Source: Nostoc punctiforme PCC 73102
GTDB taxonomy: Bacteria > Cyanobacteriota > Cyanobacteriia > Cyanobacteriales > Nostocaceae
Reading direction: 5' to 3'
Length of the DNA: 32,000 bases
NCBI RefSeq assembly: GCF_000020025.1
Contig: NC_010628.1
Location: forward strand, 2,670,001-2,702,000
Positions 14,367 through 23,300 of this stretch are shown here, in pieces. Made by a program: the position numbers and the translations under genes. How positions within the stretch are numbered: the first letter of the stretch is position 1; each line of letters begins with the position of its first letter. The notes under the pieces were generated by a model. That model worked only from the letters and a program-made list of their open reading frames with translations. It did not search any database and was not told the origin of the DNA.

Positions 14367-17300
14367 ACAGACACCGATACAGATTTCCCCCCGATCAAAG
14401 CCGAGCGTCCTCAGAACTTACCTCTGTCTTTTGCCCAAGAACGACTCTGGTTATTAAACCAGTTGGAACCAGATAACTCCTCCTATAACGAACAAGCAGC
14501 TCTAAAACTTCACGGGGAATTAAACGTCGTGGCGCTAGAGCAAAGCCTCAACAAAATTATCGATCGCCACGAAGCTTTACGTACTAACTTCCGCACTATC
14601 AACGAGCAGCCAGTCCAGGTAATTACTGACAGCTTAAACTTAAATGTGCCAATAGTAGACCTATCAAAATTACCTGAAAGTGAAAGAGAAATCGCTTGCC
14701 AACAATTAGCCACAACTGAAGCTGATCGACCCTTTGACCTTGCTAGTTCTCCTTTAATCCGAGCTTCTGTGGTTAAACTTACAGAGGTAGAATACGCTTT
14801 GGTACTAACAATACACCACATTGTAGTGGATGGTTGGTCAATAGGCGTATTGATGCGCGAGTTAGCAACCATTTACTCAGCCATCTGCAATAACTTGTCC
14901 CCAGAGCTACCTGAGCTACCAATTCAGTATGCCGACTTTGCTATTTGGCAACGGCAATGGTTGCAATCAGAAGTACTCCAAACGCAGCTTGATTACTGGA
15001 ACCAACTACTCAAAAACGCTCCCACGTTACTAGAATTACCCACAGACAGACCAAGACCAGCGATTCAAACTTTTCGGGGCGAAATTCAATATGGAGAATT
15101 TTCAGTTGAACTGAGTGAAGCGATCGCTAATTTCACTAGGCAAGAGGGAGCCACCCTATTCATGACGCTGTTTGCGGCTTATGTCACCTTGCTTTATCGC
15201 TATACAGACTCCGATGACATTGTAGTGGGTACGCCCATTGCTAACCGCGATCGCTTAGAACTTGAAGGGTTAATTGGCTTTTTTGTCAATACTTTAGTAT
15301 TACGTACCGATTTATCTGGCAACCCCAGTTTTCAGCAATTGCTAAGTCGAGTGCGGCAACTGACACTGCAAGCTTACGCTCATCCAGACCTGCCCTTTGA
15401 GGAGTTGGTAAAAGCATTGCAGCCACAACGTGACCTCAGCTATACACCACTGTTTCAGGTGATGTTTGTCCTCCAGAATGCGCCCATATCTGAAGTAGAG
15501 CTTGCTGGCTTAACTATCAGTTCATTGCCAGCCCAAAGCGCAACTGCCAAGTTTGATTTAACTTTATCAATGCAGAACACTGCAACTGGATTGGTCAGTG
15601 TGTGGGAGTACAATGCTGACTTGTTTGATGCCAGCACAATCGAGCGGATGAGGGGGCATTTCCAAACATTGCTCGAAGGAATTATTGCTAACCCTCAAGA
15701 GCAGATTTCACAATTGCCTCTGCTAACAGAAATTGAACAACAGCAGTTATTACTAAAGTGGAATGATACAGGGGTAGATTATCCCCAAGATAAATGTATT
15801 CATCAGTTATTTGAGGAGCAGGTTGAACTTACTCCCGATGCTGTAGCAGTGGTGTATGAAAATCAATATCTTACATACCACGAATTAAACTGTCGCGCTA
15901 ACCAGTTGGCGCACTACCTCAAGTCTTTGGGTGTAAAAGCCGATGTGCTAGTGGGTATTTGTGTAGAACGTTCTTTAGAAATGGTGGTGGGACTGCTAGG
16001 GATTCTGAAGGCGGGTGGCGCTTATTTGCCACTTGCTTCAGACTATCCTACCGAGCGTTTGCGCTTGATGTTAGAAGATGCTCAAGTTTCGGTATTGCTG
16101 ACTCAGCAGAAACTCCTCGACAGACTGCCTGAGCATACTGCACAGCTTCACTTCGGCTCCCTTCCCTACGGGACGCTACGCGAACGGCTCCGCTCAGGGC
16201 AAGCCGCTCAGTACAAGGTTTGTTTAGATGCTGACTGGCAGCTTATTTCTCAGTTAAGTCAGGATAATCTAATATCTGAGACACAAGCAACTAATTTGGC
16301 TTATGTGATTTACACCTCTGGTTCTACAGGTCAACCCAAGGGAGTACTGATTACCCATCAAGGATTATTAAATTTGGTGTTCTGGCATCAACGCACTTTT
16401 AAAATCACGACCTTAGACAAAGCTACTCAGCTAGCAGGAACAGCATTTGATGCTGCTGTATGGGAATTGTGGCCTTACCTGACCGCAGGAGCAAGTATAT
16501 ATTTAGTCAAACCTGAAATTCTTTTATCTCCAGTGGATTTGCAAGATTGGTTGGAATCTAAAAAGATCACTATCAGTTTTTTGCCAACACCAATGGCAGA
16601 GCAATTATTGTCTCTGGAATGGCCAGAAAGTACAACTTTGCGAACCATAGTGACTGGAGGAGATAAGCTTCATCGATATCCATCAGGTTTACTCCCTTTC
16701 CAGGTAGTGAATAATTATGGTCCAACTGAAAATACTGTTGTCACAACTTCAGGACTAGTAGTTTCTAATGGGCGGGATAATAATATCTCACCACCCATCG
16801 GTCGCCCTATAGCCAATGTTGAAATCTATATATTGGACTCTTATTTACAGCCAGTACCTATAGGTGTACCAGGAGAATTGCATATTGGTGGTGCAGGATT
16901 AGCAAGAGGCTACCTTAACCGTCCAGAGTTAACACAAGAAAAATTCATCCCCAATCCTTTTAGTGATGAATCACATTCCCGCCTCTACAAAACTGGGGAT
17001 AAAGCACGCTATTTAAATGACGGCAATATAGAATACGTCGGACGCATTGACGACCAAGTAAAAATACGTGGTTTCCGCATCGAGTTGAGCGAAATTGAAG
17101 CAGTATTGAGCCAACATAGTGATGTGCAGTTATCTTGTGTCATCGCCCGTGAGGATAGCCCTGGTGATACTTGTACTGAGCGACTTGTGCCGAGCATCTC
17201 GACTTCGCTCGATGGAACCGGAGCCGAGGTAAGTCGAAGTAAACGTTTAGTCGCCTACGTGGTAGCACATCAAGACTGTAAACCCGTAATCAGCGAACTA

Positions 17301-20300
17301 CGACAATTCCTCAAAACAAAGCTGCCAGAATACATGGTGCCAAGTGCTTTTGTAATCTTGGAATCCTTACCCCTGACTCCCAACGGCAAAGTTGACCGCC
17401 GCGCCTTACCAAAACCAGATTTAGACACCACACTGCTAGAAAAATATGTCGCCCCGCGCACACCCATTGAGGAAATGCTGGCACTCCTTTGGGCACAAGT
17501 GCTGAACCTAGAGCTTGTAGGCATATATGATAACTTCTTTGAACTTGGAGGGCACTCACTACTAGCAACACAACTGGTTTCACGTATCCGCAACATTTTC
17601 AAAGTGGAATTACCATTGCGTGAATTGTTTGCCAGATCAACAGTTGTCGAATTGGCGCAATCGATTGGGCAATTACAGCAACAGGTACTTCGACTTACCT
17701 CGGCTCCGGTTCCATCGAGCGAAGTCGAGATGCTCGGCACGAGTCGCTCAGTACAAGACTTAGAACTTTCTACACCATTCATCACACAAAGGGCAGAGAA
17801 TGCTCAATTACCACTGTCTTATGCTCAACAGCGTCTTTGGTTTTTAGACCAGTTCGAGCCGAACAGTGCCTTATACAACATTCCCTTAGCTTTGCGTCTA
17901 GTCGGAACTCTTAATCAAGTTGCCCTAGAACAAAGCTTACATGAAATCATTAATCGCCACGAAGCCTTACGCACCAATTTTGTAACCGTTAATGGACAAC
18001 CAACTCAAATTATTCAAAAACAAACGAATTGGACAGTAACAGTAGTTGACTTGAAGCATTTATCAACACTTGTACTGAGCGAAGCCGTTGGCGTTCGCGT
18101 AGCGTCTCCGTTAGGAGAAGCCTCTGCCTCAGCAGAAGTAACTGAACAAGAAATCGCTACACAGCAATTAGCGCGACAACAATCTATTGAGCCTTTTGAT
18201 CTGGCAAATCAAGCATTAGTTAGGGCGACATTAGTAGTGCTTAACGAGACAGAACACATCTTGTTAGTGTGTATGCACCATATTGTCTCTGATGGCTGGT
18301 CAATGGGTGTATTTCTTCAAGAACTAGCAGCACTGTACAACGCTTATTCTCAAGATCAACCGTCTCTACGAGACGCTATGCGTAGCTTGCTTCCCCGAAA
18401 GGGTACACCTTTAGCACCACTGCCGATTCAGTATGCAGATTTTGCACTGTGGCAAAGACAATGGTTGCAAGGAGGCGTACTGCAAAGCCAACTGAGTTAC
18501 TGGCAACAACAACTGGCAAACGCACCAGCCTTGTTGTCTCTACCCACAGACCGACCAAGACCTGCTGTGCAGACTTTCGCTGGCGCACATCAAGAGTTTG
18601 TACTCTCGCAGAAGCTCACTCAAGGATTGATACAACTAAGTCAAAAGCAAGGAGTAACCTTGTTTATGATGCTGTTGGCAGCTTATGATACCCTGCTTTA
18701 CCGCTACACAGGTACAGAAGACATTTTGGTGGGATCTCCCATTGCTAACCGCGATCGCAGTGAGATAGAAGGGTTGATTGGCTTTTTTGTCAATACCTTA
18801 GTGATGCGTACCAATTTAGCAGGTAATCCGAGCTTTAGTGAATTACTGGGTCGTGTTCGAGAAATGGCAATGGAGGCATACACTTATCAGAATTTGCCTT
18901 TTGAAATGCTGGTGGAAGCATTGCAACCACAAAGAGACCTCAGTCATACACCACTGTTCCAAGTCATGTTTGCACTTCAGAATGTGCCTTTGTCTGGAGT
19001 AGAGTTGGCTGGGTTAAGTGTCACTCCATTGATGCCAGAAAGTACAACTGCAAAGTTTGATTTAAATTTATTCATGCAGAATACTGCTACTGGACTAGTG
19101 GGTGTATGGGAATATAACACTGACTTATTTGATGCCAGCACAATTGAGCGGATGACGGGCCATTTTGTGACATTGCTTGAAGGTATTATTGCTAACCCAG
19201 AACAGCAAATCTCACAATTGCCCCTGCTGACACAAATTGAACAGCATCAGTTATTAGTGGAGTGGAACGATACTCAGGTAGATTATCCACAAGATTTGTG
19301 CATCTATCAGTTATTTGAAGAGCAAGTTCAGCGCACCCCCGATGCTGTAGCGGTTATATTTGAAAACCAACAACTTACTTACTACCAATTAAACTGTCGC
19401 GCTAATCAGTTGGCAAATTACTTGCAGTCTTTGGGAGTGTCCGCAGATGTACTGGTGGGTATTTGTGTGGAGCGCTCCATAGAAATGGTTGTTGGATTAC
19501 TGGGCATCCTCAAGGCGGGTGGGGCTTATGTGCCACTTGACCCAGACTATCCCCAACAACGTTTGAGTTTCATATTAGATGATGCGGCGCTGCCAGTGTT
19601 GTTAACTCAACAATCATTATTGGAATCTTTGCCAGAGCATACCGCACAGGTAGTATGTTTGGATAGCGATCGCCAACTCATTGAGCAACACAGTCGAGAA
19701 AATCCACTCACTGGCGGCAAACCAGAAAACTTGGCTTATGTAATTTATACTTCAGGTTCCACAGGCCAGCCAAAAGGAGTTCAAGTTAACCACAGCAGTG
19801 TAGTCAACTTTTTAGCTTCCATGAGTCATTGTCCGGGATTAACTGACTCTGATACTTTCTGTGCCGTTACTACCATATCCTTTGACATTGCGGCTTTGGA
19901 ACTATATCTGCCACTGGTGGTAGGAGCGAAGGTAGTAGTAGTTCGGCGTGAAGTCGCCAGTGATGGCGCTAGGCTGTTACTAGAGTTACAGCACTCAAGC
20001 ACAACGGTGATGCAAGCGACTCCAGCGACTTGGCAAATGCTGGTAGCTTCCGGCTTATCTACTCAACAGTTGGGAATGAAACTCTTGTGTGGGGGAGAAG
20101 CCTTACCACCTCAATTAGCCCATCAATTACTAGAAACTGGTGCCCAAGTATGGAATCTCTATGGGCCGACAGAAACAACAATTTGGTCGAGTATTTGCCA
20201 ACTTAGGAATGAGTCAACGCAACTAGAAGCTAAAAGTGCGATCGCACCCATTGGTCGTCCCATAGCTAACACTCAATTTTACATTTTAGATTCACACTTA

Positions 20301-23300
20301 CAACCAGTTCCTGTAGGTGTAGCAGGAGAATTGCATATCGGTGGTTTAGGTTTAGCAAAAGGCTACCTTAACCGCCCACAATTGACACAAGAAAAATTTA
20401 TCTCTAACCCCTTCAAAAGAAGCAGAGGAGCAGGGGAGCAGGCGAGCAGAGGGGAAACCTTTAATTCTAATCGCCTCTACAAAACAGGGGATTTAGCCCG
20501 CTATTTACCAGATGGCACAATTGAATACCTGGGACGAATTGACAATCAAGTAAAAATACGTGGTTTCCGCATTGAGTTGGGAGAAATAGAAGCAGTCCTG
20601 AGCCAACATGAGGATGTGCAAGCATCTTGTGTTATCGCCCGCGAAGATACCCCAGGTGATAAACGCCTAGTCGCCTACGTAGTACCGCATCTAGGACAGA
20701 CACCTACAGTTAGCCAGTTGCGCTCCTTCCTGTCTAACCAACTGACTACTTACATGGTGCCACATACTTTTGTGATGCTAGAGTCCCTGCCTCTTACTCC
20801 CAACGGCAAGGTAGACCGCCGCGCATTAAAAGCACCAGACTCTCGTGGAGAACTAGAAGTCAGTTTTGTAGCCCCACGCAATCAAACCGAAGAAATATTA
20901 GCGCAGATTTGGACAGAAGTTCTCAAAGTAGAGCAAGTAGGAGTTCACGATAACTTCTTTGAACTCGGTGGAGATTCTATTCTCAGTCTTCAAATCATCA
21001 ACAGAGCAAAGCTTGCAGAATTGCAACTGACTCTCAAGCAATTATTTGCACATCAAACAATTGCAGAATTGGCCATAGTGGCAAATGTAGCGAGTGTTAT
21101 CCAAATAGAACAAGGTTTGGTAACAGGGACATTACCTCTAACGCCAATTCAACACTGGTTTTTTGAGCAAAATTTACAACAACCGCATCACTTTAATCAA
21201 TCATTTCTGCTCTCAGTACCATCTGACCTCAAGCCAGAGCTATTAAAGCAAGTATTACAGCAATTGCTAGTACATCATGATGCTCTGCGCCTACGTTTTA
21301 CACAATCTGACTCTACTTGGCAGCAAACTCACTCTGCTGTGACTGATAGTGTTGCTTTCTCTTATATAGACTTATCGGCACTCCCACAGAATAAACAAAA
21401 AACTGCGATTGAAGCTAGCGCAACTTGCTTACAGGCGAGTTTGAATCTGTCAGAAAATCTAGTGCAAGTCGCCTTTTTCTATCTGGGTATTGACAAAAGG
21501 GCACGATTACTAATTATTATCCACCACTTGGTAGTTGACGGCGTTTCTTGGCGAATTTTGTTAGAGGATTTGCAAACAGCTTACCAGCAACTTGCTCACG
21601 GTAAAGTAATCGCACTGCCTGCTAAAACAACTTCTTTCAAAGATTGGTCTAACAAACTAACCAAATACGCACAGTCAGAAACAATAAAATCCGAGATGGC
21701 TTATTGGTTGAATGAATCTCGCGCCGCAGTTTCTCCTATGCCAGTTGATTATACACAAGGGGCAAACACTGTTGAAGCAGCTAGTACAGTAACAGTGTCG
21801 TTAAATGAAGCGCAAACTCGCGCTTTGCTACAAGATGTGCCAAAAGCTTACAACACTCAGATTAACGATGTGCTACTAACTGCTTTGGCGCTGGTTTTGA
21901 GCAGATGGACTAACTCAAGCTCTGTGCTGTTCAACTTAGAAGGTCATGGGCGGGAAGACATTATTGATGGTGTAGATTTGTCGCGCACTATCGGTTGGTT
22001 TACAACCATCTTCCCTGTACTTTTGGAACTGGGAGCAACAGAAAATCCAGCCGATGCCTTAAAATCTGTCAAAGAACAACTGCGGGCTATTCCTAATAAA
22101 GGAATTGGCTATGGCTTATTGCGTTATCTGATTCAGGATGCAGAAATTGCTGCCCAACTAGAGGCATTACCGCAAGCAGAAATCAGTTTTAATTATTTGG
22201 GTCAATGTGACCAACTGCTCAATACATCTTCTTGGATGCAGCTAGTTAGTGAGTCTACGGGACACAGCCACAGTTTGCAGAACAACCGCGCTCATCTACT
22301 AGATATTAATAGCGTTATTGCTGGAGAACGGTTACAAATAGATTGGACTTACAGCCCAAATATCCACCAGCACGCCACAATCGAAAGTCTGGCACAAGAA
22401 TTTGTCAAGACATTGCTTGGACTAATTGCTCATTGTTCATCGCCTGAGAGTGGAGGTTACACACCTTCAGATTTCTCGCTAGTCAAGCTCAATCAGCCAG
22501 AAATAGACCAATTGTTGGCAAGGTTAGTATCCAAAAATCAATCAGGCAAAACTAACTCCAGAAATATTGAAGATATTTACCCGCTCTCGCCAACGCAACA
22601 GGGTATGCTGTTTGAGAGTTTGTACGCTCCAGACTCAGGAGTATATTTTCAGCAGTTAAGTTGCACTTTGACAGGTAAGTTGAATGTGACAGCATTTGAG
22701 CAAGCTTGGCAGCAAGTGGTAGCACAGCATTCAATCTTGCGGACTGCTTTTGTTTGGGAGCAATTAGCCCAGCCACTTCAAGTAGTGTATCGGCAGGTGG
22801 ATGTTAACCTCAACAGCCATGATTGGCAACAGTTATCTGCACAAGATCAACAACAGCAATTAGAGCTTTTGTTGCACTCACAGCGAAAACAAGGTTTCCA
22901 ACTGTCTCAACCACCACTGATACATCTGAGCCTCATCCAATTGAGTGCAGATACTTATCAATTTATTTGGAGTTCTCATCACTTATTGCTTGATGGCTGG
23001 TCGATGCCTTTGGTTTTCAAAGACTTATTGTACTTTTATCAAGCAATTTCTCAGGGTGAAAACTTAGCTGTTCAACCAACCCAAAGCTACCGCAACTATA
23101 TTGCTTGGCTACAGAAACAAGACTTAGCCCAAGCTGAACAATTTTGGAGAGAAAAACTCCAAGGTTTTACTGCACCCACTCCTTTTAGTGTTGATAAAAA
23201 ACAATCATCAAACCGTAAAAAGTTAGATTCTAGCTATAGCGAACAACAAACTCAACTGACAGTGCAAGCGACAGCCGCAATCCAAAGTTTTGCACGGAAG

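Larger units (their letters stand above)
14418..17675 (+). other. NRPS module C-A-T, predicted Leu-type
   Basis: C domain: HHIVVDGWS at 14814-14840. A domain: about 15798-17410, with LAYVIYTSGSTGQPKG at 16296-16343. T domain: Ser codon 17556-17558. The code DAWFVGNVVK is 9/10 to Leu (DAWFLGNVVK). The A domain is a close nucleotide paralog of the nosA Leu A domain. Confidence 0.75.
17805..21095 (+). other. NRPS module C-A-T, predicted Gly
   Basis: C domain: HHIVSDGWS at 18276-18302. A domain: about 19302-20830, with LAYVIYTSGSTGQPKG at 19731-19778, FDIAALE, LLCGGEAL and NLYGPTETTIW. T domain: FFELGGDSILSLQIINRA with Ser codon 20976-20978; GGDSI is the type usually seen upstream of E domains. 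The code DILQLGLIWK matches the canonical Gly code 10/10. Confidence 0.8.

Noticed and set aside
17169-17240. The in-frame insertions considered as inteins, introns or other spliced intervening sequences.
   Set aside because: At 8-35 codons they are far too short for inteins, which have Cys/Ser...HN splice blocks. They have no group I/II intron structure. They are stop-free only in the host frame actually used, which fits read-through translation.
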